NCBI GenBank assembly: GCA_951406725.2 | Contig: OX597817.1 | Location: 82,088,001-82,152,000, forward strand | Direction: 5' to 3' | DNA length: 64,000 bases | DNA from: Octopus vulgaris | Taxonomy: Eukaryota | Shown: piece by piece, positions 1 to 14,560 of the stretch | Numbering within the stretch: the stretch's first letter is position 1 | Layout: every line of letters begins with the position of its first letter | Notes under the pieces: generated by a model | The model's input: the letters and a program-made list of their open reading frames with translations, nothing else | The model's database searches: none | What the model was told of the DNA's origin: nothing | Position numbers and translations under genes: made by a program

Positions 1-383
1 TGAGTCAAAGTTATCTGCTTTGAAGACAAACTGTTTTGTTGGCTTACTAGCAATGACGTTCAGTTGGTTATAGTCAACACTAGGTCCAATACCAATGGTG
101 AATAGTTTTGTACCAGAATCCTTTACTTTTTTCGCTTCTTGGACCACATTCAGTCTACCATTGGGTCGACCATCAGTGATCATAATCGCTATGTGGCTTA
201 CATTTGATCTCATTCCAGCCGCCTTAGACATGCTAGTTTCTCGAAGACGTTTTAGAGCTTCTCCCATATGTGTCATACCGTTTCTAGTTGGAATCTTGCC
301 GACTGCCTTTAATAAGCTCTGTTGGTCTTTATGTTGATTCATTTTGAACTCAGTTCGACTTCCGCTGTCAAATGTGTCGACAC
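1..383 (-). CDS. Multi-VWA protein exon: VWA domain 5, C-terminal part (continues past window edge)
   Basis: ttttcttag|GT GTC GAC; open to position 1: GVDTFDSGSRTEF...GMTHMGEALKRL...HIAIMITDGRPN...LFTIGIG...FVFKADNFDS. Confidence 0.92.
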
Positions 384-430
384 CTAAGAAAAGAACATGA
401 AAATTTATAGATAATTATAGATAATTATAT

Positions 431-591
431 GCGCAAGTGTGGGTGTATGGCAAGAAGCTTGCTTCTCAAACACATGGTTCGAGATTCAGTCCCACTGTGT
501 GACACCTTGGGCATGTGTCTTCTACTGTAGCCTCGGGGTGCCCAAAGTTTTGTGATTGGATTTGGTAATCGGAAACTGAAAGAAGCCCGTC

Positions 592-635
<44 letters not shown>

Positions 636-845
636 TTATAGGTGTGTGTGCCTTTGTGTCTGTGTTTGTCCTGCATCATCGCTTGATAGCCGGTGTTGGT
701 GTGTTTACATCTCCGTAACTTACCAGTTCGGCAAAAAACACCGCTAGAATAAGAAACAGGTTTTCAAAAAATAATACCACAAAAAATTCTTCAAAGAATT
801 GACCGCAGTATAATGACCGAAAAAAGTAAAAAGTAAAAAGGTAAC
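431..845 (+). mobile_element. tRNA-derived SINE, family A
   Basis: A/B-box-like head (GTGTATGGCAAG ... GATTCAGTCCC), internal microsatellite and a tail shared with many copies in the window. Confidence 0.75.
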
Positions 846-1066
846 AAATTTCTGGATTACTGTCTTCGTCTTTAGAACGCATATCAACAGTCTTCATTAA
901 CAATAGAGCTGGGCTCATCCTTAGATGTTTTGGTAGTGTGTGCATCCTATATATATAGTCCCTGATGAGATTTGAACTAGGAAAGTTTATTTCTAAGCAG
1001 CGCGAATGCTTTTTGTCACTTGAGTAATGAAACTAAGCCAAACACTCCCCCACACACACTCAAGGA

Positions 1067-1147
<81 letters not shown>

Positions 1148-1972
1148 ATTTATCTATCTATCTATCTATCTGTCTGTCTGTCTGTCTATCTATCTATTTA
1201 TCTATCTTAAACATCTTGAATTGTAATTAATTTTCAATGAGTTGACCACAATGACACACTATAAGTGAAAAGAAAGCTTCTCTATCTCTGTATTTGGCCT
1301 TCATCTTTTACTTCTTCTTTTTTCTTATCTTCCTAAAATTGACATCCTGAAAGGTCATTTAGCCATTACCTTCTACTTTCCTCCTCTCCTTCTTTCCTAA
1401 TTCAGAAACATATCAATATGTATATACTGAGAAAATGTGTATATTTACAACTATGTTGACACGTATATAATGAAAGAGAAAAACGATGCTTTCAAAAACA
1501 ATGACTGAAACAAGAATAACATCTTGAATTGTAATTAAATTTCAATAGACTGACCACATCAATATGATATTATTGAAAAGAGACCTTTCTCTCTCTGGCT
1601 ATCTTTGCCCCTCTTTGTTTTTCTTTCTCTTTCTCGATTATCCTGCTCTCTATCTTGCTTTTTTTCTCCCTTTCTTCAAGAAAAAAAAATTTTCCCCTTC
1701 TAAACGAGAAAAAAAGTAAAGCAAAATCCGCTCTTCGATTCATATAATAGATGAAGAAAACGTTCTGTTTTTATTATTTTGGTTTTAATTTTCTTGAAGT
1801 GTTATGTTAAACGAACAAAAGAGCAAATAAAGAATTATCCAAAATTCTGACTGCCTCTTTTTCCCTAATATACAATATCGTACATAGGCGTAGGAGTGGC
1901 TGTGTGGTAAGTAGCTTGGTTACGAGCCGCATGGTTCCAGGTTCAGTCCCATTGCGCGGCACCTTGGGCAAG

Positions 1973-2385
1973 TACCGAGGGGGACGGGAAAAGCCCTATG
2001 GTATGACAATTTTCCCGCTCCATGGCGGTAGAATTCTCATCTGGGATGCCACATTTTGTGGTACCTTCTCCAGCCTCAGTTGGTGCGTTCTGCTATCAGC
2101 CCAGGCTCCGCTGCTCGTGAGGCTGAGAACTGCGAACTGTCAAAATATCGTTCATTCTCTGACAAACTTATGGTCGAGCCTGCGGCAGTGGAAACCACCG
2201 TTCTCGGCCTCCGGATCATACCTCTGTTCTCTGCTCTCGGTCCAGAGATGGCTATCCGTAAGTACGAGTCCCGTGTATCAGAGTGGTTGTTCCTCGCTAT
2301 CATCTGGGGCAACGCCTTTTCCATTTTATCTACTGGAAACATGAACCGGTTTGGAGCCCAGGAAATTTTACGTTCCACTCCTTAA
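1973..2385 (+). mobile_element. Degenerate restriction-like endonuclease fragment of a CRE-like non-LTR retrotransposon
   Basis: KPYGMTIFP...LIWDAT then, frameshifted, GSAAREAE..ELSKY...PAAVET...AIIWGNA; fused to a truncated SINE head at 1886-1972. Confidence 0.6.
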
Positions 2386-2576
2386 TGTAAAGTTACTCGT
2401 AATAGTATTTAACTTACAAATAAATAATAGTTAAGACACTCACAGGAAGCATGAGCTCAAAGATGATAGCAAATCTCTCAGCTGGAATCCTTTAAGTCAT
2501 CAACCACCTGTTCGACCAGAAGTGGATTCGATTTAAGCAATAGCAACGGCAGCATCAGGCAACAACAACAACAACA

Positions 2577-2611
<35 letters not shown>

Positions 2612-2678
2612 ATCATCGTAATCATCGTCATCCACAGCAACAAGAATAATATAAAAGCAGTATAAGCGTACTACTCAC

Positions 2679-2816
2679 CAATCTGTACTTCATCGGGGGC
2701 GATATTAAAGCTTTTCGATACAGTCTCTACAAAGCGGAGCATTTTCTGGAAGTTAGCTCTACCCACACTGCCAGAACTATCCAAAATGAAGACGATATCA
2801 GCTTGTGCAGGACATT
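2679..2816 (-). CDS. Multi-VWA protein exon: VWA domain 5, N-terminal part (absent from ORF track)
   Basis: ctgaacag|AA TGT CCT ... CAG ATT G|gtgagt; 138 nt; CPAQADIVFILDSSGSVGRANFQKMLRFV. Confidence 0.92.
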
Positions 2817-3104
2817 CTGTTCAGAGAAAGGAATTAATTATGTATACATATTTTTTTTAAAAATCGAGACAAAATCTTGTGTAATAAAGGACATGATTAC
2901 GAACAGTTGCAACCTTGCACATTTTACAGCTGTTTTGAGAATTGGGTTATTGTTGTAATTATTACTCTAAGTCTACAGAGAATTATGAAATACAGGCACA
3001 ATATCAATTTTCTGGAACTTTTGGTTCTAAAGGTTTTTCAAATTACTGATTTTTCCGAACCAGAGGAGGTCACCTCTAAATTAAATATTAAATTTCTCTC
3101 TCTC

Positions 3105-3154
<50 letters not shown>

Positions 3155-3442
3155 TTCATAAAAAAGAAAATGAAGCAAGAGTCAATTACTATATATCATT
3201 TATAAGATAACTGATGCATATTTTAGATTAAACAATGATACTGGAATAAGGTTGTGAGCTGTCAGAACTGTTAGCACACTTAGTAATATATCATCCATCT
3301 ATATATTTTGAGTTCGACCTTATCGAGATCGACAAAATAAGTACCGGTCAAGTACTGGGGTCGATGTAATAGATTTCTTACCTCTCCTCAAAAAGATGCT
3401 GGCCCTTTTACAAATTTTTTAACCATTAACTCATTTATATAT

Positions 3443-3509
<67 letters not shown>

Positions 3510-4199
3510 TATCTCACTTAATTTAGAATATTTATTTACTATCAAGCCGTCTTAGAGACAATATAAATGATATAAACTTTGTGCATATAATAAAGTATGT
3601 TTTCGATTTCGTGATATAGTTAAAGCTTTACGTAAATAAAGCATAGCGGTATAAGATTACAGACGTGTTAACACATTAAATTTATGTTAATAGAAATATG
3701 TTAATAAACAACAACAAGCTACAAGAATATTTTAATATTGTTGTACCTCCTACCAGAACCTGAAATCAAGCCAAGCATAATAAGATAATCTCAGTAGCAG
3801 GAAACTGTGGAAGCTTGACAAATGAACTGAATCTATAATCAAATGAGCTAACCGCGTTACACACTGTCGTAGAGTCTGCTCGACGGTTATAGTAACGGTA
3901 GAAATGTATGCGATATACTCATTCAGTTACACTGTATTCAATGATTGGTAATTCGTTTGATCAAAGCATTGAAAGACTTATCATAGAACTCGAGACGTGA
4001 TCTTAAGGAGTAGAAAGTATTCTGAATGTATTTTTTTACCAAAATACAACGTTAATATTCCTTTGAAAACTGAATTTCAAATAAAATCTCTTATCCAAAG
4101 TATATAAGATTTGAGTTTTAATTATATTCATAATATAAAATTCCAAGAGGGAAAATAATAAACGTAAACAATAAAAAAATAACGAACGAATATACTCAC

Positions 4200-4232
4200 T
4201 TCGGATTTCTGGTTCGGTTTTATTTTTACCAA
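4200..4232 (-). CDS. Multi-VWA protein linker microexon (VGKNKTEPEIR)
   Basis: ttcatttag|TT GGT AAA ... ATC CGA A|gtgagt; 33 nt, phase 1-1, at the expected place between VWA4 and VWA5. Confidence 0.75.
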
Positions 4233-5283
4233 CTAAATGAAAACAAAATAAAAAAAAAGTTAGATAAAGATTTTCAGAGATGAAGATTTATTATCGTAAT
4301 GAATCATTTAAATATTAAATAGATAAGTTTTTAAAAAATGACGAAAAGAAAAACGGGAATGAAAGAAAGGAAAAAGAAGATATCCATTATTGAAATGCAT
4401 TTGGTTATCAGTTTCGAATTGTATTTTGTAAAGAAAATTGTCAGTGGAAAACGAGGGTTAAACGACTGAAGGGTTAACATTGAAGTATCAACTTGTGGAA
4501 AACCGTTCAATTAAATTAACCCGTTACTCTTGGTTCTGGAAAGATTTCTTAATTGTATAATATCCCTTAAGTTCTTACTTTCTAGTTTTGTTAAAGCGTT
4601 AGAGGAACTGTAGAACTCATGACCTCTTGAAATTCCTCTAAGATTGGAAAGAGGAAAGGAAGTAAAATCCAACAATAAAAGATATCCTCAAGCCTGAAAC
4701 ATGATAAAAGTTTTGCTAGAGGTGATACTGTTAAAACCAAGCAAATAATTAAATTTACCATTTGTAAACAAAGAAAGACCGTCTGATTTCAAACATAAAG
4801 CTTCAGTCGATCCAGGTTACGGCACTTGGCCAAATTACTGCACAGTTATTTTAGGATCGAGCCTAAAATCAAGTGATAGCGAAAAGAAGTTCAATCTTTG
4901 CAGAAATAACTGTAATAGCGAGCTTTCCAGGGAAGAATTATTATCAAGTCCCTTCGTAATGGAAACACAAAAGGCAAATGAAATACATAGAAACAAGTTA
5001 TAACATAAAGTTAGAAATTTTAAATAAAGATTTCTAATTTTTACATGAGGCATCATCTTTCTCATAGCAGGGTAGAACATAGACATTAAAGGATTAAAGA
5101 ATCTCTAAGTATATGGCTGGTATTTCATATCTATATTATAAAGTTGACCCTGGTAAGGTTTGAGTTCACATCGTAAAGAGAACTACTTAAATACAACGAG
5201 ATATTTTGTATTCATGATATACCTAGAAACGTATTCTAGTTTCGACATCTATTTCTGCCAATCTATCCATCTCTCTAATACGC

Positions 5284-5418
<135 letters not shown>

Positions 5419-5486
5419 GGTAAGACAACAAAAGAAGGAAAGAGACCTCGATATTATGTAAGTAGAGGAATTTATCTGTAAATGTA

Positions 5487-5721
5487 ATATGTAACAATTA
5501 TTCGGTAGCCATGATAAAACTCGAGTTTCGGATGTCGGGGCGGAAACCCACGCCGCCATCTTTTCAAATATCTGGCCATCGAAAAAATGCCTCAACTGTG
5601 GAACTACTGCAGTCCTGATATTTTTCGATGGCCGGATAACTGAAGAGATGGCGGCGTGGGTTTCCACCCCGACATCCAAAACTCGGAGTTTTATCATGGC
5701 TATCGAATAATTGTCACATAT
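5487..5721. repeat. Foldback / MITE-like imperfect palindrome
   Basis: Arms of about 100 bp (ACAATTATTCGGTAGCCATGATAAAACTC... / ...GAGTTTTATCATGGCTATCGAATAATTGT) between (TA)n tracts. Confidence 0.85.
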
Positions 5722-5724
5722 ATT

Positions 5725-5778
<54 letters not shown>

Positions 5779-5827
5779 GTGTGTGTGTGTGTGTGTTTGC
5801 GTGTGTGTGTATATATATATGTATATA

Positions 5828-5885
<58 letters not shown>

Positions 5886-6208
5886 CACACACACATATAT
5901 TTAATTAATTAGGGTAAAAAATTGAATATTAATTTAATTAATATCAATTTAAACCAGTGGCCTATCTTATTGAAAAAGTCTGAAGATCCAGAAAAATTAT
6001 ATTACATACATCTCTCTTATATGTATGTAATATATATATATATTTACGTTATTGACGTCATAAGAACATACAAACTTCCGAAAGAACGGACAGGCATCCT
6101 TCGATTATTTCAATGCAAAAGGATATTTCAAACAAATATTTACACGCTGTTGTTTATAGCTTCATATATTCTTTGAGATCCAAATTCCAAAACATTCATA
6201 TGTATGTG

Positions 6209-6266
<58 letters not shown>

Positions 6267-7340
6267 CATACATATATGCATATGTTTATATATGTATATA
6301 TGTACACACACATATCTATATATACACATATATATGTAGAGCCTGTGTTATAACAAACCAATTTGCTGTGGAAGAATAGTTTTGGATGATTTGTCCGTAG
6401 GAATATGACTAACTGAATTTGCAGAGAGATTTTTGAAACAATCCAGGTGAAAGAAAATCATGTTGATAGAAATTTGGGCATCCATAATTGATTTTTCAGA
6501 CATAAGTGGATTATTGAGAGAAGAAAATGTTTGAAAATATACCACGAGTTCAGCCAGTGTGTAAAACAATATATTGCAGTAAATGTTAACTCTTAATACA
6601 AAATTGTACGAACAAAAAGATTGCGAAAGTAAGGGAGAAAAATAGAAGACCAGATTAAAATATATTAATGTACCGAAGGTTCGTCTTTCTAGATTCTGAA
6701 GATACATTATCGTTCATTCAACCGGAGTTGAAAAATATAAGTCTCTCAGCGAGTTAACCGCGTACAAATAATTGGTTTTCTACCAGAGGAAGAAACTGCT
6801 TGGGGAGTGAACCAAAGAGGGCACCTCACCGAGTCGATTGATTTCCTTGAGATAGCAACAAAATAGCCCTCAATTTACACACTCTACTATTTTGTTTTTA
6901 CAAAAAGAGGGCATATTCAAAATTATAATCCAAGATATAAAAAGATAAATATATAAACGAGTTGATAACGGTTGGAACATCTCTGCTCATAGGTCAGCTC
7001 GATTGCAAATGACATAGAGAAAAACAGCAACAAGAATATCTGCAAGAAGAGCAACAACGATAGCGACAACAACAAGCTACAAAAGAATACACATTTAGTG
7101 TTTGGAGATTATAAAGGGAAGTTTAACTAATTTTAATATGCGGCACCTTCCGTTCCGTTACGTAATGAGAGAAATATTTTGACATACGGTTAACACAGAT
7201 GTTAATGAATGAAATAAAAAGGAAAAGGAATTTGTTTTGTCTTGCTTTTTGAACCCGAAGCCAATATTTCAAATACAACATCGATTTCACCTTGTCCAAC
7301 ACTCTCTAAATTAAACAAATATTAATCTTACTCATATATA

Positions 7341-7570
7341 TTTCTTTACTGCCCATAAGGGGTTAAACACAGAGGGAACAAACAAGGACGGACAAACGGA
7401 TTAAGTCGATTATATCGACCCCAGTGCGTAACTGGTACTTATTTAATCGACCCAGAAAGGATGAAAGGCAAAGTCGGCCTCGGCAGAATTTGAACTCAGA
7501 ACATAGCGGCAGACGAAATACCGCTAAGCATTTCGCCCGGCGTGCTAACGTTTCTGCCAGCTCGCCGCCT
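7341..7570 (-). mobile_element. SINE-like repeat, family B
   Basis: GGCGGCGAGCTGGCAGAAACGTTAG...GAGTTCAAATTC (B box); related copies near 3255, 21850, 32500, 34670, 55730 and 61270-61800. Confidence 0.75.
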
Positions 7571-7584
7571 TACTCATATAATTT

Positions 7585-7960
7585 GCGCAGGCATGGCTGT
7601 GTGGTAAGAAGTTTGCTTCCCAACCACATGCTTCGGGTTCAGCCCCATTGCGTGACACCTCGGGCAAGTGACTTCTACTTTAGCCTCGGGCCGAACAGAG
7701 CCCTCTGAGTGGATTTGGCAGACGGCAACTGAAAGATGCCCATTGTATATACATGTGTGTGTGTGTTTATGTCTATCTCTTTCCCACCACCATCACTTGA
7801 CAACCGGTATTGGTGTGTTTACGTCCTCGCTCGAAGAGATCAAAAGAATAAGTACTAGGCTTTAAAAAAGTAAGTACTAGGGTCAAGTCGTTCTACTAAA
7901 CTTCTTTAAGGCGGTTCCCACACATGGTCGCTGTCTAATGACTGAAACAAGTAACAGATT
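7585..7960 (+). mobile_element. tRNA-derived SINE, family A
   Basis: Same head and tail as the other family A copies; head-to-head with the family B copy. Confidence 0.75.
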
Positions 7961-9238
7961 AGAAGACTATAAAGGATTAACTAAAGGAAATACAGGAACC
8001 AGTACATTAGAATAAATTATACAAGTTTATTGATACTGTACTGTGAAAGATACCATTAACCTAGCTTGGTGGCTGCGGAAATTTCAAGTTCCTGCATATT
8101 TCACTGTTAGTCACCAATATCCAAATTTATATTGTTATATATCTATGTGTGCGAATATATTTCAATAAATATGCGGTCAGTATTTAAATGTATTATATTT
8201 TTATAGCAACTAATATCGAAAAGTATATCGTTTTATTAAATCTCTCTGTGCGAATGTATTTCTGTCTTTATGTTGTCAGTATTTGAAAATATTTTTTATT
8301 ATTATAGCCACTAAAATTCAATATTGTGTTACTATGACAACAATGTGAACGTATTTCTAATACATTTCGTTTTACTTGGTACTAATTTGGTCTCTTTTGT
8401 TATATACCTGTAGTTCGTCTACGCTGAATAGAGCTGGTCTCCGCACTTAATTTCTCAATAACTAGGTAAAACAACACTCAAACAAAATTGTGAAAAACAA
8501 AAAGAAACCAAGGTTAAGAAAAAATAGTACTCTTTCTTGGTTTCGTAGTTCCTGAGATAACAAAGTGGACATAAAAAAAATCAATGAAGCAAAAAAATTG
8601 TATATCAAGAGAGACAGCCAATTTGTTGGTTGCTGAGATGTTGGGTGGAAGGGACAAAAGCGAGACTGCTTAATACAAATCTCGAGTGAAAGAGAGTCGG
8701 TGTCAGATGAAATTCAAAATGTAGAAGGAATATGTTAAACACATTGAAAAAAATATTAAGAATGTTCGGAATACAGGAAAATCAACAACAAACAAAATCA
8801 CATGAGTTTATAATATATTCCGGCCTGAAGTGTATTATCCAGTACAGCACTTCCATTTTTCACTTTGTGTGTGAAGATATGAAGCAGCTGCAAAGTGTAA
8901 GCCTGGAAAAAGTTGCTGAATGTTTCTGATAAACTTCATCCCAAAGTAAAGATGCAAAAAGATAAAAAAAAAGAAAAGAAAAAAATGAACACATCTCAAA
9001 AATTAATTGGATCATTGATCGGAGAAAATTGGAATGAGCGTGCAGGTGTTATCGGTTATTTATATGGAAATGCAATGGAATGGCAGCTGCCAATGTCGCC
9101 TTCTTAACAGCCTCTTCGTGGACCACCTTCATCTTTTGTGCTCGCTTTTCTAACAATATTAGCTCTGCTGTATCCATCACCAACATACTTCATGCTAGCT
9201 AGTCCAATCCACAAAGACATCATATATATGTGTCATAA

Positions 9239-9297
<59 letters not shown>

Positions 9298-9364
9298 ATA
9301 TTTATATATCATATATATATATGTATATATATATTATACATATATATATATGTATATATATATG

Positions 9365-9406
<42 letters not shown>

Positions 9407-9409
9407 GTA

Positions 9410-9455
<46 letters not shown>

Positions 9456-10734
9456 CATTCTTATATGAATATGTATATATGTCATATATATATATGTAAA
9501 TATATTTATATATATGTCATATGTATATATATTCAACAAAAACTCCATTAAACTATAAATTCCATTAACGAGTTTAACCCTTGCCAGAACCAGAATTTCA
9601 ATGAAACACATTTATACAGATCATGGTATGATCATACAGCTCATAGTATAATACATTAAAACCCCATCATAAACTATAAACTCTCTATATAAGTTTAACC
9701 CTCACCAGAACTAGAATCGCAATAAAAGATAAAGAGAATACAAGATACAAAAGGATCACAGTCAACAGCATATGTGACTAAACAAACATCAAACGTATGT
9801 ATCAACAGTCAGCAACTTAACAGATATCATTATGGTTGGCCAGTATCCTTCAAACCAACTGTCAAAAGCACAGACATAAGCAAAACATCAGAGCACAATT
9901 CCCTAACTGTGCTCTGATGTTTGAGAGATAATTGCTCCCACTGTAGAGCAACAGTTTCCCTGTTTATTGTGTTACTTTAATGAGTTAATCAAAGGGGAGG
10001 AGGGCTCTGCTCATGACCATTTTTATGGCCTCAGAACATGGTGGAAAGAAAATAGGAAGTTATTCGTTGACCTGGACCAAATGCTTAACAGAGTGGACTC
10101 CACTAAAAGTATCTAAGAGAGTTACGTGGTGTTGTTAAACCGAAATAGCGATGACGACCGCGGTCCACGAACAGGAACTCTCTCTCTCGGACAGGCTTCT
10201 CTAAGATTTATGTTAAACCAAATTTTAGTGACAAGGGTTTTGAGGATTAAAGTAGATCGGAATTAAGTGTGGTGACCTAGTAGATAATTTAATCAGAGAT
10301 CTTACATATGAAGGCACAACTTGCTACTATAAGCAATTTTGAAAAAAGGAAAGAAACAAATAACAAAGAAACCACAATGTATTGCTTATATGAGAAATAA
10401 CGAAATGATCACGACAAATTGATGATGATGAGGATGATGATGATGATATTGATGGTGGTGACGATTATGTTGGTGATAATAGTAGTAGAGATGATGCTGT
10501 TGCTTTGCTGATGGTAACATGTTGCTGCTGATAATGATAATGATGATAAAATAATGCTGCTGTTGCTGCCGAAGGTGGTGATTATGCTGAGATTTATAGG
10601 GATGAGATCAGTGGCAATGATGATGACGCTGACAACGGATCTTGTAATGGAGGCGGTGGCGGTGGTGTAGGGAATGGTGATAGTTGTGCTAAAGAATATT
10701 AAAGAAAAAAGAAATTAATAATAACAAGATATAC

Positions 10735-11024
10735 CTTCACAAGTTCTTACAGCAAGCGCGGCCCTGATTTTCTCCAAAGCTTTGAAGTTGCTGACAGTGA
10801 AAACATGATCGGCGTCTGGATCTGTTGAAATATCTTTCAGTTCTCGATAGAGTGCTTGGGAACCAATACCAATGGAGAAAACAGTAGCCAACTTCTTCAG
10901 TTTCATAGCTTCAGAAGCTGTTGATGCCGGAACGTTTGACTTGCCATCCGTGACGACGATAACGATATTGGGAATGTTTGGTCGATTACCGTTTTGCGGT
11001 AAAAGACTAATTGTTCTAATATAT
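10735..11024 (-). CDS. Multi-VWA protein exon: VWA domain 4, C-terminal half
   Basis: tctttcag|A TAT ATT AGA ... TGT GAA G|gtatat; 290 nt, phase 2-1; RPNIPNIVIVVTDGKSN ... VFSIGIG ... RTCE. Confidence 0.92.
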
Positions 11025-11057
11025 CTGAAAGAAGAATAGTAAATATTTGGTTTGATA

Positions 11058-11962
11058 TCTACTACATATGTGGAAAATCGGTGTGTGTTTGTTTGTGGCG
11101 TTGTTAGCTAACTCCTCCTACATCGTTTTCTCGATTTTGATAAAACTTGACAGGTGGGTAGAACTCATGTCTGGATACAACATGACATACTTAGATTGTT
11201 GAAAAAATCGATAATACGGCCCTTGGAAGGGACCATTATATGTACCTTATATAACTAATCATTTTTTTAAATACCCAAGGGAAATAACTCATACCCCTAT
11301 ACAATATGTTTTTAAACACTCAAGGGAAATAAACCATTTCATTGTTTATGCTGGATTACTTTGAACCAACGATCAGTCGACCTAATTCTGCATTTCACTA
11401 CTCACAGTTTTGAAATGCTAAGCATTATTATTGCACTTTATTAATTTGAATCTCTTCATTCATACATTTTTATACATGAATACATTTTTGAATGCCCATT
11501 ACTCCGATAACTCTTCAATTTTACAGTTACACTTTTTCCATGACAGTAGATAAATTTCTTTTATTTCACAACGTATTTGTAGTGGCTCCGTACACGCATA
11601 TTGTGGATTCGGTCCTCGATTGCCAAAATTTCACGTAACACTTCAAGAGAGCTTTTCTCACAGTAAAACAATAGTTTTTCTGTGAATGACAGCAGTTATG
11701 CATTTCCCAGATGCCTTCTCTAAGCAGAATAATGTCTTTGCCTCTTGCCAACCTCAGACACCCTCTCTCACCAACCTCCAAAAGCCTCTCTCGCCAACGT
11801 CCAACAATCTCTCCCTCCTCCAGCTGTCAGTTTTTTGTACTTTTTCGTGACGGAAAATACACCTTTTGTGGCAGTTATAAGGAAATTGCTTTCTTCTATC
11901 AGAGTAATAAGGCGTTTCAATAGAATATATTTACCCCCGGAATTTCCGGGTACACCAGCTAG
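11058..11962 (+). mobile_element. Non-autonomous Helitron
   Basis: A|TC 5' end; subterminal hairpin CCCGGAATTTCCGGG then CTAG|T; sits between A and T with no target duplication. Confidence 0.7.
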
Positions 11963-12171
11963 TGTATATATTATATATAAATATATATATATATACGTTT
12001 AAATATTTGTTGTGCAAGATTTTTTATGTGAAGTCGTGTGTTGAAACAGATATTGTTATATTTCGGAATGGTCATATTGCCAGTTTAGCCAATAAAAACA
12101 CACGCACTATATATTTGGTGTTATTTTGCTTCAGTGATATTTATTTTTTACATTAATCTTAATCTTATTTC

Positions 12172-12216
12172 GGCCAAAGTTCTTTCGTCACACTCCTGTG
12201 ACCGCATCAGTGGTCC
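12172..12216 (-). ncRNA. Minimal, variant-core hammerhead-like motif in the Penelope pLTR
   Basis: GGACCA-CUGAUGCG-GUCACA(GGAG)UGUGAC-GAAA-GAAC-UU-UGGCC. Core deviates from CUGANGA and stem III is vestigial. Confidence 0.55.
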
Positions 12217-12679
12217 TTTGTTTTCTTCTCTTTACTTGTGTCTCTCCTTACTAACCGTCAGCCATTTTGTATTTCTATTGTATGTCTTCATTTGCGCATG
12301 CTTATATCTCTATGTGCGTCTATGTTTATTTAGTGTGTGGGGGGGATGCCTGTAATATTTGTATCTTCTGGTTATATACATTCTTGTAATTTGTATTTTG
12401 TTTTTGTTGTTGTTGCTTTTGTTCTAATTTTCTTCATGTGTTTATATCCACCCATTATTATCATTACATATGCTTGTATGTATGTATAACAACAATATTA
12501 GTAATAATAATAATAAATCTAATCGAAAAAAAAAATATATATACATATACATATATATATATACATACATATACATATACATATACATACATATATACAC
12601 ACATACATACACATATAGATATCCATTTCTATTTCTTTAATTACCTGTGTATTTATTATGTTTGCAGGATCCACTATTG

Positions 12680-13950
12680 TCATATGTTGTGGTGTGCGCT
12701 ATTGCTCCATTCTAGTTTTCTATTCAGGCTAGGTTTATTTTCTATTATATGTGTAGCTTCTGTAATTTGTCTAATTGTTGCATCTGTTCTATGTGTGGAC
12801 AATATCTTAATCTCTATGTTATTGATTGATCCCCCGTGTTCTTGTTCGGCGTGTTGGTACAGAATCGATGAGCTTTTACCTTCCTTGAGTTGTCTCCAAT
12901 GTTCATTCACCCGCTCACCAATGCTTCTTGCAGTTTCCCCTACGTATGTTACTGTCTTGTTACTGCATCGTCCCTCTATACATCTTATACTATAGACCAC
13001 ATTTCTGGCTTTACAGTTCGTTTGTGGGCTAAATCTACATACAGTGCAATAGTTATCCGTACAGAGAGTTCTACTAAAAGGATAGCTTCTACCAATTATA
13101 GATCTGATAGGGTTGCCTGGCTTTTCAACAACCTTAATTCTTAGTTTAAGTTTATCTAGGGTCCTTCTAAAGCGGTACGCTAGTTCACCTCCAGGGGTGG
13201 TGTCAACGAACATGACACTCTGGTATTTATGGCTATCATACCAAGAGTTGGCCTTCCCTATTTTCTTTTTTGTCCTTTCTATAGTGTTCCATGACTTGTT
13301 CCTATAGAGTGGGCAAATCCCATTCCTATCATTACATAATATATTATCAAATTTCTTCATGGCTCCTTTGTATACTCTGATCCTTTCTTTATGGCTGTAA
13401 CCTGAGAACTGCATGCGGTGAATGAAATACTGTATGTGTCTCTTTAATTCTGTAGGCTCGCACATGCGTGACACATTTCTCATTATTCTGACGAGGTCTG
13501 CCATCAAAATATTGAATTTGGCATTGCCCGCAATGGCTGAGTTCCGGTGGATCAGGTATTTTGAGGCCATAGGTTTTGCATAGTATGAATGAAGGATTTG
13601 GGTTTTATTTTTCACAATTTCTAGCCAGAGTTCAGTGTCTAGTACTGGTAGTCTATGGTTGGGGTGTTTAGTGGGGTAGTCTATTGTGACCTTAATACTC
13701 TGGTGGATGGAGTTAGCTATTTGCTGGATGCTCTCCATAGTATTAGTTTCTATTACTATATCAACAGTACTCTCTTGTGGGGGTGCCTTTACTACTATAT
13801 TGATATCATCAACATAGCGAGAGTACATGTTTACGAGTATGGATTTCTGCAGTAGGCATTCTTTAAGCCTTCTGTCCCACCATACCATGAAGAGGTTGGC
13901 CACATCACCAGCGATACTAACACCGATGGCTGCCCCCTCGTCCTGGGCAT
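12680..13950 (-). CDS. Penelope-like RT C-terminal part plus GIY-YIG endonuclease (5'-truncated, open frame)
   Basis: QDEGAAIG...ANLFM (RT motif B), YVDD, Cys-rich linker (CTDNYCTVC...C), VVY...YVGETARSIGERVNEH and E...LN motifs of GIY-YIG. Confidence 0.9.
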
Positions 13951-14280
13951 ATATTTTATTATTAAATTTAAATTAGATTTATTATTATTATTACTAATAT
14001 TGTTGTTATACATACATACAAGCATATGTAATGATAATAATGTGTGGATGTAAACACATGAAGAAAATTAGAACAAAAGCAACAACAACAAAAACAAAAT
14101 ACAAATTACAAGAATGTATATAACCAGAAGATACAAATATTACAGGCATCCCCCCCCACACACTAAATAAACATAGACGCACATAGAGATATAAGCATGC
14201 GCAAATGAAGACATACAATAGAAATACAAAATGGCTGACGGTTAGTAAGGAGAGACACAAGTAAGTGAGAAGAAAACAAA

Positions 14281-14325
14281 GGACCACTGATGCGGTCACA
14301 GGAGTGTGACGAAAGAACTTTGGCC
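14281..14325 (+). ncRNA. Minimal, variant-core hammerhead-like motif in the inverted pLTR
   Basis: Reverse-complement copy of the motif at 12172-12216. Confidence 0.55.
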
Positions 14326-14439
14326 GAAATAAGATTAAGATTAATGTAAAAAATAAATATCACTGAAGCAAAATAACACCAAATATATAGTGCGTGTGTT
14401 TTTATTGGCTAAACTGGCAATATGACCATTCCGAAATAT

Positions 14440-14513
<74 letters not shown>

Positions 14514-14560
14514 ATATTTCGGAATGGTCATATTGCCAGTTTAGCCAATAAAAACACACG

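Noticed and set aside
955-1040. CTGATGAG ... GAAA possible hammerhead
   Set aside because: No convincing stem I, II or III pairing could be built.
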